A model generated the notes under the pieces. The model was given only the letters and a program-made list of their open reading frames with translations, had not been told where the DNA came from and searched no databases. Of a stretch of 12,112 bases of DNA, positions 1 to 7,676 are shown one piece after another. The DNA comes from a virus (lineage: Duplodnaviria; Heunggongvirae; Uroviricota; Caudoviricetes): IMG/VR virus record IMGVR_UViG_640753024_000005; one strand, written 5' to 3'. Position numbers and translations under genes: made by a program. Numbering within the stretch: the stretch's first letter is position 1; every line of letters starts with the position of its first letter.

Positions 1-696
1 TCACTTAGGGTATGGCTGAACCCTGAATAGTTTGGTATTTAGCCGCTTCCTTGCTCGCTTGTTCAGGAATCTGATGTAGCGATACTGATTAAATTTGTGC
101 GCCACGGCACGCTCTTTATTAGCCCGTAAATACACGCCTCGTTGTCCACCCCGCTTAATCGCGTTCATCGTTATCTCGTGATACCACTCACCATCCAGCT
201 CGTAGAACGTGCTTTCATGGCTGCCAATAAAATCAAAATTCGACGCCTGATACACAACGCCTGCGCGTCCGCAGCGTTCGTCAGCAAATGACTGAACCCA
301 CTCCACTGACGGATACAGTAATCTGATAACTTTCAGCGCGTAGCTGATGGCCCGTGATTCAGAGTTGCGGGGCATGTCGTCGTGTAGCCACATGCGATTC
401 AACTCCATATAGCCCCGGTTATCCGTTTCAAGCACGACACGACGACCTGAGTTGGGGTTAAGGGCATATCCCCACTGGAGAACGCCAACCAGATCGCGTC
501 CGCTGAATACTCCCAGGTGGAGGTAAGAGTTATTCACAAAACGGCGGGAATAGTGCTTTGTCTGAATAATTGTGCGGGCCAGCCAGCAGGATATGGTTTC
601 AACGCGCAGTTCCTTTGAACCATAGCCAACAATCTGGCCTTCATACTCAATAACGCACGGTTTCGTCAGAATGCGTGATTTTTTCTCTTTTCCCAC
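1..696 (-). CDS. mom: Mom DNA-modification protein; proposed GTG start at 696-694 giving 231 aa (alternative upstream ATG at 726-724 gives the 241-aa ORF in the track)
   Basis: ORF-track protein recognised as Mu Mom from memory. It sits at the extreme right end next to com and gin, as in Mu. A GGAG (707-704) lies 7 nt upstream of the GTG. The 231-aa length matches my recollection of Mu Mom; start choice is uncertain. Confidence 0.85.
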   Translation of the reverse strand: MGKEKKSRILTKPCVIEYEGQIVGYGSKELRVETISCWLARTIIQTKHYSRRFVNNSYLHLGVFSGRDLVGVLQWGYALNPNSGRRVVLETDNRGYMELNRMWLHDDMPRNSESRAISYALKVIRLLYPSVEWVQSFADERCGRAGVVYQASNFDFIGSHESTFYELDGEWYHEITMNAIKRGGQRGVYLRANKERAVAHKFNQYRYIRFLNKRARKRLNTKLFRVQPYPK

Positions 697-835
697 AATG
701 TTTCTCCGTGGGATGCTCGCAGGCATTCAGCATTATGATGTGACGTTTGCAACGCGGACACCTGATTTCAATGTGATCAAAGGAATCCGCCTTAAATAAC
801 AGTTTGTTGCAGTTTTTACAGCGAATTGATTTCAT
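647..835 (-). CDS. com: Com, zinc-finger translational activator of mom (62 aa)
   Basis: 62-aa ORF with a CxxC...CxxC arrangement (CKNC ... CPRC). Strong AGGAGG 4 nt upstream of the ATG. Its 3' end overlaps the mom 5' end by about 50-80 nt. Size and position match Mu com. Confidence 0.9.
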   Translation of the reverse strand: MKSIRCKNCNKLLFKADSFDHIEIRCPRCKRHIIMLNACEHPTEKHCGKREKITHSDETVRY

Positions 836-946
836 CTCACCTCCTTTGCATCAATTCGCCACTATCTTAAAAAACATCGTGGGTTGAGTGTGGTTATTGG
901 GGCATAATCGATCTGTATTACCGATCGATTCAATTGATTCGATCGT
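836..946 (-). promoter_or_regulatory. mom operon promoter/regulatory region: three GATC (Dam) sites, T6 tract adjoining a TAAGAT -10-like hexamer
   Basis: GATC at 910-913, 923-926 and 941-944, spaced 13 and 18 bp, two within CGATCG palindromes. A6 run at 869-874 (T6 on the mom sense strand) abuts a TAAGAT hexamer (864-869 reverse complement). In Mu, Pmom is repressed by OxyR at unmethylated GATCs and activated by C protein. Exact -35 and C-site not resolvable by eye. Confidence 0.6.
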
Positions 947-1511
947 CGTTTTCTATATGCGTTCGTTTGGCGGGGTGTTTTTTATACAGCGTTGACAGGG
1001 CCACATCGTAGATCAATGCGACCTGCTTGCGGGGGATTCCTTGTGCTAATAAACGCCCGGCCTGCTCCCATTCCGCTTTGGTTAGTTTAGGTGGTCGCCC
1101 ACCGATACGGCCTTTATTTCTGGCAGCAGCAAGTCCAGCCATCGTTCTCTCGATGATTAGTTCTCGTTCCATCTCAGCCAGGGCACCCATAACGTGGAAG
1201 AAAAAACGCCCCATTGGAGATGACGTATCAATACTGTCAGTAAGACTGCGAAAATTAATCCCTCGCTCTCGTAATTCCCCTACGAGAGAAATCAAATGTT
1301 TCATGCTTCGCCCGAGGCGATCCAGTTTCCAGACAACCAGTGTGTCACCTTTTTGAAGACGCTTTAAAGCGCGTTTTAATCCAGGTCTGTCTGTCCTTGT
1401 TCCGCTTAATTTATCTTCAAATATTTGTTCACATCCTGCACAAACAAGAGCGTTTCGTTGCAGGTCTGTATTCTGGTCATTTGTTGATACCCTTACATAG
1501 CCAATCAGCAC
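930..1511 (-). CDS. gin: Gin serine DNA invertase (193 aa), GTG start with GGGAG Shine-Dalgarno
   Basis: Protein begins MLIGYVRVSTNDQ with the catalytic Ser of the resolvase/invertase family and has a C-terminal HTH region. It lies directly next to an invertible segment flanked by gix-like repeats. Start codon is GTG (1511-1509). Confidence 0.95.
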   Translation of the reverse strand: MLIGYVRVSTNDQNTDLQRNALVCAGCEQIFEDKLSGTRTDRPGLKRALKRLQKGDTLVVWKLDRLGRSMKHLISLVGELRERGINFRSLTDSIDTSSPMGRFFFHVMGALAEMERELIIERTMAGLAAARNKGRIGGRPPKLTKAEWEQAGRLLAQGIPRKQVALIYDVALSTLYKKHPAKRTHIENDDRIN

Positions 1512-1565
1512 TCTGGATCTCCCGTTTAAAAGCGCAAATCATGCCATGCAGGCCGGAAACAGCCA

Positions 1566-1599
1566 TTATCTAAAACCTCGGTTTACAGGAAACGGTAAA
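1566..1599. repeat. gix recombination site, right copy (34-bp inverted repeat; 26-bp core 1566-1591)
   Basis: ttatctaaaacctcggtttacaggaaacggtaaa equals the reverse complement of 4504-4537 at 33/34 positions. The core has the 12-2-12 architecture of Gin/Hin sites, with central dinucleotide at 1578-1579. Confidence 0.9.
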
Positions 1600-2530
1600 T
1601 CAGGCTTCTGGTGCGTTGCAGAAAAACCAGAATGGCGCAGATATTCCAAACAAAGATAAATTTACGCAAACAATAGGTGCTTGCCGCTCTTTTCATGGTG
1701 CTATTAGCACAGGTGCAGGAAACTGGACGACGGCACAATTGATTGAATGGCTGGATTCTCAAGGGGCATTCAATCACCCATACTGGATGTGCAAATGTTC
1801 ATGGTCATACGGCAATAATAAAATTATTACCGATACTGGCTGTGGAACTATTCATCTTGCAGGTTGCGTTATTGAGGTTATGGGTAATAAAGGAGCCATG
1901 ACCATCCGTGTAACCACCCCGAGCACTTCCAGCGGTGGCGGAATTACTAACGCTCAATTCACCTATATTAATCATGGTGATGCTTATGCTCCTGGCTGGC
2001 GACGAGACTACAACACGAAAAACCAGCAGTCTGCATTTGCTTTAGGGAAAACAGGAGGCACTGTCGGAAATGATAAAGCTGTTGGCTGGAACTGGAATAG
2101 CGGGGTCTATAACGCAAATATTGGTGGCGCAACGACATTAATCCTCCATTTCAATATGAGCGAGGGGAGTTGCCCTGCCGTACAGTTCCGTGTGAATTAT
2201 AAGAACGGCGGTATTTTTTATCGTTCAGCACGTGATGGTTATGGCTTTGAAGCTAACTGGTCAGAGTTTTACACCACAACACGCAAACCCTCTGCGGGAG
2301 ATGTTGGTGCATATACGCAGGCAGAATGTAACTCAAGGTTTATTACAGGTATTCGCCTTGGCGGTCTGTCATCTGTTCAGACATGGAATGGTCCTGGCTG
2401 GTCTGACAGGTCAGGTTATGTCGTTACAGGTTCAGTTAACGGAAACCGTGATGAATTAATTGATACAACTCAGGCAAGGCCAATTCAGTATTGCATTAAT
2501 GGAACGTGGTATAACGCGGGGAGTATTTAA
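1574..2530 (+). CDS. Sv', silent alternative variable part of tail fibre S (no start codon of its own in this orientation)
   Basis: Open frame begins right after the TAA at 1571-1573 inside gixR and runs to TAA at 2528-2530. C-terminus (NGNRDELIDTTQARPIQYCINGTWYNAGSI) is paralogous to the S C-terminus. The TTG start in the ORF track (1616) is not a real initiator. Confidence 0.7.
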   Translation, partial: NLGLQETVNQASGALQKNQNGADIPNKDKFTQTIGACRSFHGAISTGAGNWTTAQLIEWLDSQGAFNHPYWMCKCSWSYGNNKIITDTGCGTIHLAGCVIEVMGNKGAMTIRVTTPSTSSGGGITNAQFTYINHGDAYAPGWRRDYNTKNQQSAFALGKTGGTVGNDKAVGWNWNSGVYNANIGGATTLILHFNMSEGSCPAVQFRVNYKNGGIFYRSARDGYGFEANWSEFYTTTRKPSAGDVGAYTQAECNSRFITGIRLGGLSSVQTWNGPGWSDRSGYVVTGSVNGNRDELIDTTQARPIQYCINGTWYNAGSI

Positions 2531-2532
2531 TT

Positions 2533-2598
2533 ATGATGCACTTAAAAAATATTACTGCTGGCAACCCTAAAACAAAAGAGCAATACCAGCTAACGGAA
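2533..2598. repeat. Internal inverted repeat inside the G segment (U' 5' end), partner at 3557-3622
   Basis: First 66 nt of U' and U are 64/66 identical in inverted orientation. A further 23/24-nt identical block follows (about 2638-2661 versus about 3500-3522). Confidence 0.85.
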
Positions 2599-3066
2599 CG
2601 ATTTAACATCAAATGGCTTTATACAGAGGATGGGAAGAACTGGTATGAGGAACAAAAGAACTTTCAGCCTGATACGTTGAAAATGGTCTATGACCACAAC
2701 GACGTTATTATTTGTATTGAAAAGGATGTTTCAGCAATTAATCCAGAAGGCGCAAGCGTCGTTGAATTACCTGATATTACAGCAAATCGCCGGGCTGATA
2801 TTTCGGGTAAATGGATGTTCAAGGATGGCGTAGTGATAAAGCGAACTTACACCGAGGAAGAACAGAGGCAGCAGGCAGAGAATGAAAAGCAAAGCCTGTT
2901 GCAACTTGTCAGGGATAAAACCCAGTTATGGGACTCACAGCTACGGCTGGGCATCATTTCCGACGAGAATAAACAAAAATTAACAGAGTGGATGCTCTAT
3001 GCGCAGAAAGTCGAATCTACAGACACCTCCAGCCTGCCAGTAACGTTTCCAGAACAACCAGAATGA
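2533..3066 (+). CDS. U', silent alternative tail-fibre assembly protein (177 aa)
   Basis: Starts [22 protein letters not shown], identical to the N-terminus of U on the other strand. Conserved ANRRAD motif. GGGAG upstream of the ATG. Confidence 0.8.
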   Translation: MMHLKNITAGNPKTKEQYQLTERFNIKWLYTEDGKNWYEEQKNFQPDTLKMVYDHNDVIICIEKDVSAINPEGASVVELPDITANRRADISGKWMFKDGVVIKRTYTEEEQRQQAENEKQSLLQLVRDKTQLWDSQLRLGIISDENKQKLTEWMLYAQKVESTDTSSLPVTFPEQPE

Positions 3067-3094
3067 GACAAGGCCCGCTATCGGGCCTTAATTT

Positions 3095-3622
3095 TTATTC
3101 AGGCTTTTGTGGCCATTCAGGATTTGCCGTATCCACACGGCTGACCAGAACACTGTAGCGCTCCCATGCTTCCAGTCGGCTACGCTCCTCATCTGTTGCC
3201 ATGTTCAGCCTGACAGCGCGTTCCAGTGGCTGAATAACGCTTTCTGCTTCAGAAAGCAACGCGGCCTTTTGTGATTCGGCCTGTTGTTGCAGTTCCTGTT
3301 CTGTATATTCCCTCTTTACTACTTTACCATACAGAAACATCCATTTTCCGTTATTGTCTGCGCGACGATTTGCCGTAATATCAGGAACTTCAACTATGCT
3401 TAGCCCTTCAGGATTAATAGTTGAAACGTCTTTACTGACAGCAACGATGATGTTGTTCTCATCGTAAGCAATTTTTATGGTGTCTGGCTGAAAATTCTTT
3501 TGTTCCTCATACCAGTTTTTGCCATCTTCGCAAAAGAGCCATACCACGCCCGCTTTTTCAGTTAGCTGGTATTGTTCTTTTGTTTTAGGGTTGCCAGCAG
3601 TAATATTTTTTAAGTGCATCAT
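3095..3622 (-). CDS. U: U tail-fibre assembly protein (175 aa from the MMHLK start)
   Basis: Paralogue of U'. The ATG at 3622 lies 1 nt after the S stop (3624-3626). The 12 extra N-terminal residues in the track's 187-aa ORF overlap S and are not credited. Confidence 0.85.
   Translation of the reverse strand: MMHLKNITAGNPKTKEQYQLTEKAGVVWLFCEDGKNWYEEQKNFQPDTIKIAYDENNIIVAVSKDVSTINPEGLSIVEVPDITANRRADNNGKWMFLYGKVVKREYTEQELQQQAESQKAALLSEAESVIQPLERAVRLNMATDEERSRLEAWERYSVLVSRVDTANPEWPQKPE
3557..3622. repeat. Internal inverted repeat inside the G segment (U 5' end), partner at 2533-2598
   Basis: See partner entry. Confidence 0.85.
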
Positions 3623-3623
3623 C

Positions 3624-5033
3624 TTAAACACTCCCCACGTTGTACCATATTCCCCCAATCAATTTCTGAATTGGCCTTCTGGCAACAGTGTCGACAAGAT
3701 CATCCGCATTGCCGTTAATTGCGGCTGTTAAAACATAACCTGACGCATCGCCAAAGCCGTAGTCGCGCCATACGTTTTTATATTCAATGCTGCCAAGACG
3801 AATATCCCGAACGACATGATTATGCAGCCATGTGCTTAACCAGTTGTTTCCCCACACTGAACCATAAATATCGCCACTAGACGCAACTTGCGCACCACTT
3901 CCCAGCGCAAATCCCCCATCTGTTTTAAAAATGAAATCACCACCACCATCTGAACCGTTATTAATATGAACACCATCACCACCGTTATCTTTCCACAAAA
4001 ACATACGAATACTTCCGTCTTCGTTGGTGAATGTAATGTGGTGGCGGTAATTACTTTTTAATCTAAAAGCGCTGCAATTAGATTCAATATCTTTATAAAG
4101 ATGTAATCCTAACCCATCAATATGTCCGATGCGCGAACCATTTGAATAGAAGCTAATAATACCATCTCCATCTTGCCTAAATCCGGTGTCGTTATCTCCC
4201 AGAACAATGGAGTTTTCACCCAGTGCGTTATCAGTAGCACCAATAGCTAGACCTCCTTCAATTTTGGCCCCGTGGCTGACATATATAGCACCTGTTCTTA
4301 GATTTATAGCGAATGGCCTTAATGGGCCGATATCACCGTTTTCGCCTTGTCCTTCAGCCGTAGGGATGAAATGAAGGGACTCTTCTGAACGGCGGAAAAT
4401 AAGACCGAAGGCATCATTAAAAATTCGCAGCGCATTCATCGTTCCAATTTTCAGTTCTCCGGTCATTTTATCGCCGGAACGCTGAACGGCGTTACCAGCC
4501 TTGTTTACCGTTTCCTGTAAACCGAGGTTTTGGATAAACAGCGGCTTATTGGGAATATCTGCTCCGTTCCGGTCTTTTGCCAGACGGGCATTGGCATTAT
4601 CCATCGCAATTTTCACCGCTTTTGCGGTGGCTGCCAGCGTTTCACTGGGGCTGTCAGTGGCACTGGTTAGCTGAACGAGTCCTTTTTTGTTCAGGCTGGC
4701 ATCATAGATATCCAGATTTTCACGTGCTGTACGCTGTGCTGATGCCCCGGCAGTTTTAATTTCGCTGAGGTTATTTTTTATCAGCAGCGCGTTATTGCTC
4801 ATAATGGCTTTAATGGACAGTGCAAGCTGGTTTAATTTTGTTTTATCCGGTTGAATACCGGCTTCTTCCAGCGTGTTTAATAACTCCGCCTGCACAATAT
4901 TAAACCAGTCCATGCCGGGCCATGTGATAACATTATTCCCGTCACCTTCTGAAAACCAGCGAACGATAGCACTACGCTGGGCGGATACGGGCGGCATGAT
5001 GGTTACGCCGCTGTCGTTATCAATATAAAACAT
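3624..5033 (-). CDS. S: Tail fibre protein S (469 aa): constant part Sc (5033-4538), gix-encoded linker, variable part Sv (4503-3624)
   Basis: Long ORF crossing gixL in frame, with gly-rich fibre-like repeats in the variable part and a conserved C-terminal motif shared with Sv'. Its ATG overlaps the stop of the upstream gene (TAATG at 5035-5031). Confidence 0.9.
   Translation of the reverse strand: MFYIDNDSGVTIMPPVSAQRSAIVRWFSEGDGNNVITWPGMDWFNIVQAELLNTLEEAGIQPDKTKLNQLALSIKAIMSNNALLIKNNLSEIKTAGASAQRTARENLDIYDASLNKKGLVQLTSATDSPSETLAATAKAVKIAMDNANARLAKDRNGADIPNKPLFIQNLGLQETVNKAGNAVQRSGDKMTGELKIGTMNALRIFNDAFGLIFRRSEESLHFIPTAEGQGENGDIGPLRPFAINLRTGAIYVSHGAKIEGGLAIGATDNALGENSIVLGDNDTGFRQDGDGIISFYSNGSRIGHIDGLGLHLYKDIESNCSAFRLKSNYRHHITFTNEDGSIRMFLWKDNGGDGVHINNGSDGGGDFIFKTDGGFALGSGAQVASSGDIYGSVWGNNWLSTWLHNHVVRDIRLGSIEYKNVWRDYGFGDASGYVLTAAINGNADDLVDTVARRPIQKLIGGIWYNVGSV
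4504..4537. repeat. gix recombination site, left copy (34-bp inverted repeat; 26-bp core 4512-4537), embedded in the S reading frame
   Basis: Core ttcctgtaaaccgaggttttggataa with central GA at 4524-4525. In the S frame it encodes [12 protein letters not shown]. Confidence 0.9.
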
Positions 5034-5575
5034 TAGTTATCTCCGTCATGGTAAACAAATTTATAAATCTGATGCGCGGGTTTATATTTCTCCAGTAAAC
5101 ATTCCAGCGCACCCGATTCATAAACACGTAACGGCGTCAGAACATTATCCAGCACCGTTGCGTTGCGATAATTTTTAATACCGTAAATATTGACCTGCGT
5201 AACCCACTGGCCTTCTGTGGAATCCGTCAGCCTGACGGTAAAACCGTACTGCGCAGCCAGCCATTCATAAAAGCGCCGACTCAGATTGCCGGTCATACGC
5301 ATTTTATTCGCGGCAGCCCGCTGGCGTTCGGACAGGGTGCCGTTTTCGCTGGTACAGTCAGGCAACCCCAGAAATGATTCCCACTCCCCCAGATACCAGC
5401 GGGATGTGGACGGGAAACGCTCCCGCAGCATTTGCCGCGCATCATCCGCCGCAGCGGCAATCACGTCGCTGATGGCCTGCGCCAGCGCAGATAATTTGCT
5501 GTCGGGGCTTTTATTCCAGGCAAGCCCTGACGGCAGTAATTGCAGAAAGGCCGTCTGATAGGGTGTTACAGCCAT
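5033..5575 (-). CDS. R: Baseplate wedge protein, Mu gp48 equivalent (180 aa)
   Basis: Position immediately upstream of S and exact length match to Mu gp48. Overlaps the W stop by 10 nt. Assigned by synteny and size, not by a recognised motif. Confidence 0.75.
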   Translation of the reverse strand: MAVTPYQTAFLQLLPSGLAWNKSPDSKLSALAQAISDVIAAAADDARQMLRERFPSTSRWYLGEWESFLGLPDCTSENGTLSERQRAAANKMRMTGNLSRRFYEWLAAQYGFTVRLTDSTEGQWVTQVNIYGIKNYRNATVLDNVLTPLRVYESGALECLLEKYKPAHQIYKFVYHDGDN

Positions 5576-6648
5576 TCAATTGTCCCCGGTGTTAACAGTT
5601 CCGTATTCTCCGAACGCTGGATCTCTGTCGGGAAACGCACTTCAAAATCATCCAGACCGGTAACACCTGCCACCGCACGGATAATACGGGAGGGGGCAAG
5701 TGCGCCGCCCGGCGTCACCTCATTAAAAAACATGGTATTAATGGCGTGAGTAATAGCCTGTTTCAGTTCGGCTGTCTTCGGTGATATATAAATCCGTGGA
5801 TTTACCGGCTTTGCCTTTGCCGCAAATACCGTGACATTTACACCATCAGGCTGTCCGACAATCAGACCAGTGATCGGGTCAGTATGACCGGCGATATAAT
5901 CCGCCACGCGTTCCACGTCTGCCGGTTGTGGAAAAATATTGCTCCGGTTATCCATAACAAACGTCACCCCGACTGTGCCACCGCCTTTCCATGTCGGAAA
6001 ACACCAGGCACGGGTAACGCCGCTGACTTCACGCGCCCAGCGAACATAATCAAACTGATTACCGCCGAACGGAGGATACTGGACACGATATTCCAGCCGT
6101 GACAGCAGCTCCGCTGCACTCTCAATATCAGCCCCACCGGAAAACCCTTTTACAGTGATGGCATCGGAAACAACACAGGCAACCGGGGTGATCAACGTTA
6201 AAAGGGTATTCTCACCGGTATTTCCTGCCTCACCGGCAGCCAGTGCGGTAACGGTAATTTCCGTCGTTCCTGCACGGTCAATCACAATGGCATCAGCCAG
6301 GCTGTAAACCACACCATCAGCACGCTGCCAGCGTGTACCGGCAGGAATGGTGGTCGCTGCCGATGTGGTGACAGTCAGCGGGCCGCTGGCGGCTGTCGCC
6401 TGTTTGCGGCGCACGCCCCAGAACCGGCAGTGCTCCAGCAACTCATCTTCATCTGCTGTCGACGGGATAATCTGCCGTCCAACCCATGAAATATGCTCGT
6501 GACAACCGGCAGCAAGGCCCGCCTGAGCATAAGCAATGGCACTCAGCGTTTTTTCACGGGCCTGAGGCCAGCTACCCGGCAGGCGCTGTTCAATATTCTG
6601 TTCTGTACGGGCAATCAGCGATGATAATGTCGGTGGTGAATAAGCCAT
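5566..6648 (-). CDS. W: Baseplate protein, Mu gp47 equivalent (360 aa)
   Basis: Synteny and exact length match to Mu gp47. Directly abuts the preceding gene (6649/6648). Confidence 0.75.
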   Translation of the reverse strand: MAYSPPTLSSLIARTEQNIEQRLPGSWPQAREKTLSAIAYAQAGLAAGCHEHISWVGRQIIPSTADEDELLEHCRFWGVRRKQATAASGPLTVTTSAATTIPAGTRWQRADGVVYSLADAIVIDRAGTTEITVTALAAGEAGNTGENTLLTLITPVACVVSDAITVKGFSGGADIESAAELLSRLEYRVQYPPFGGNQFDYVRWAREVSGVTRAWCFPTWKGGGTVGVTFVMDNRSNIFPQPADVERVADYIAGHTDPITGLIVGQPDGVNVTVFAAKAKPVNPRIYISPKTAELKQAITHAINTMFFNEVTPGGALAPSRIIRAVAGVTGLDDFEVRFPTEIQRSENTELLTPGTIEWL

Positions 6649-7086
6649 TTAAACCCCGTTAAATGCTGCTTTAAACTCATAAGGAATAACGGAACCATCC
6701 GGTAATGTCAGTGCAATGTAGAGGTATAACCAGCCCTGATGTAACTGTTCCGCTCTGACGTTAATCGCACTTACCCGGCCCGCTGTTTTCAGCCATTCCA
6801 GCGCCTCTTCGGCATACCCTCTGGCGCGTTCCAGCGTATCCGGTGTGGCTTTTTCACGTGATAACAGCCACAACCGCGAACCGATGGGGCGGTCGCGGTA
6901 ACTGTCACCCCACCATCCACGGCGATCATCTGAACCATCCGGCAGCGTGTCAGAATCCAGCGCGCGCCGGTCTGTAAACAGGGAGATTGTCACATCGGTT
7001 GTCAGGCTGTCGTCGGTCAGCATGTCAATGCCATCCTGTGCAATATCGCCGCGTCCGTTCGTCCAGATAATGGCTAAATCGGTCAT
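6649..7086 (-). CDS. V: Baseplate protein, Mu gp46 equivalent (145 aa)
   Basis: Synteny and length. ATGA start/stop overlap with the upstream gene at 7086-7083. Confidence 0.75.
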   Translation of the reverse strand: MTDLAIIWTNGRGDIAQDGIDMLTDDSLTTDVTISLFTDRRALDSDTLPDGSDDRRGWWGDSYRDRPIGSRLWLLSREKATPDTLERARGYAEEALEWLKTAGRVSAINVRAEQLHQGWLYLYIALTLPDGSVIPYEFKAAFNGV

Positions 7087-7676
7087 TGCATTGGCCCCGT
7101 GGTTCCGCCGCTGTCGCCACGGTGGATATGCTTATCCGTCGATTTGCCATTGATGATGGCATCCGGGGCAGTAATATTGCTGTCGAACTGGCTTTTACCT
7201 TTAACGCCCAGACCTTTCTGGATCTCAACGTCGCCGGTAAACGTGGTTCTGGGTGTGTCAACGGTCATACTTTCATCAGCGTAAACCTCAACCGTTTTAC
7301 AGGTAATGATGCAGCGTCCGTCCTTTGTCAGCCGGATACGATGCCCCTCATGGTGGTAAATGCCTGCATCACCCGGTTCAAGATTTGTCGGGCGGTAGCG
7401 GCGGTCTTCCACCACAACGGCGATCCCCTGATCACGTTGTGCACCCACACAGGCAATCAGCGCCTCTGCGCCCGGCAGGGGAACGCTGAAATGTCCGTAA
7501 TTTTGCAGGCGCTCCACTTCATCGGATTCCTCATCATCCAGCAGACCGACCTGCAGGTTCTGAACCTTTCGCCCGTCGTTAATCACGTTAACAACAGCGC
7601 GCGCAAGCATCAGGCGCACACGACGCATCAGCGGCGTCAGCAGGCGGTTCAGGGCGGAATCATTTACTCTTTCCAC
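7083..7676 (-). CDS. Q: Baseplate central spike, Mu gp45 equivalent (197 aa)
   Basis: Synteny and length. His-rich C-terminal tip (KHIHRGDSGGTTGPMQ) fits a metal-binding spike apex. Overlaps the P stop by 13 nt. Confidence 0.75.
   Translation of the reverse strand: MERVNDSALNRLLTPLMRRVRLMLARAVVNVINDGRKVQNLQVGLLDDEESDEVERLQNYGHFSVPLPGAEALIACVGAQRDQGIAVVVEDRRYRPTNLEPGDAGIYHHEGHRIRLTKDGRCIITCKTVEVYADESMTVDTPRTTFTGDVEIQKGLGVKGKSQFDSNITAPDAIINGKSTDKHIHRGDSGGTTGPMQ

Larger units (their letters stand above)
1566..4537. mobile_element. Invertible G segment (about 2.95 kb) with alternative tail-fibre cassettes Sv-U and Sv'-U'
   Basis: Bounded by the inverted gix pair, adjacent to gin. Contains two convergent pairs of fibre variable-part and assembly-protein genes. 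GC content falls to about 37-40% inside, against 50-60% in flanking genes (hand counts of 60-nt samples). Confidence 0.88.

Noticed and set aside
1027-1573. Plus-strand ORFs of 109 and 77 aa antisense to gin
   Set aside because: Embedded in the gin coding sequence on the opposite strand; no support as genes. The Fis-dependent recombinational enhancer is known to lie inside the 5' part of gin in Mu, but I could not delimit it by eye and do not annotate it.
1616-2530. 304-aa ORF with a TTG start, listed in the track as a free-standing gene
   Set aside because: The frame is open from 1574 and is the silent Sv' cassette, translated only as a fusion to Sc after G inversion. No Shine-Dalgarno or credible initiator is present at 1616.
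3623-3658. N-terminal extension ([12 protein letters not shown]) of the 187-aa U ORF
   Set aside because: It overlaps the 3' end of S. U' on the other strand begins at the homologous MMHLK, so the true U start is the ATG at 3622.
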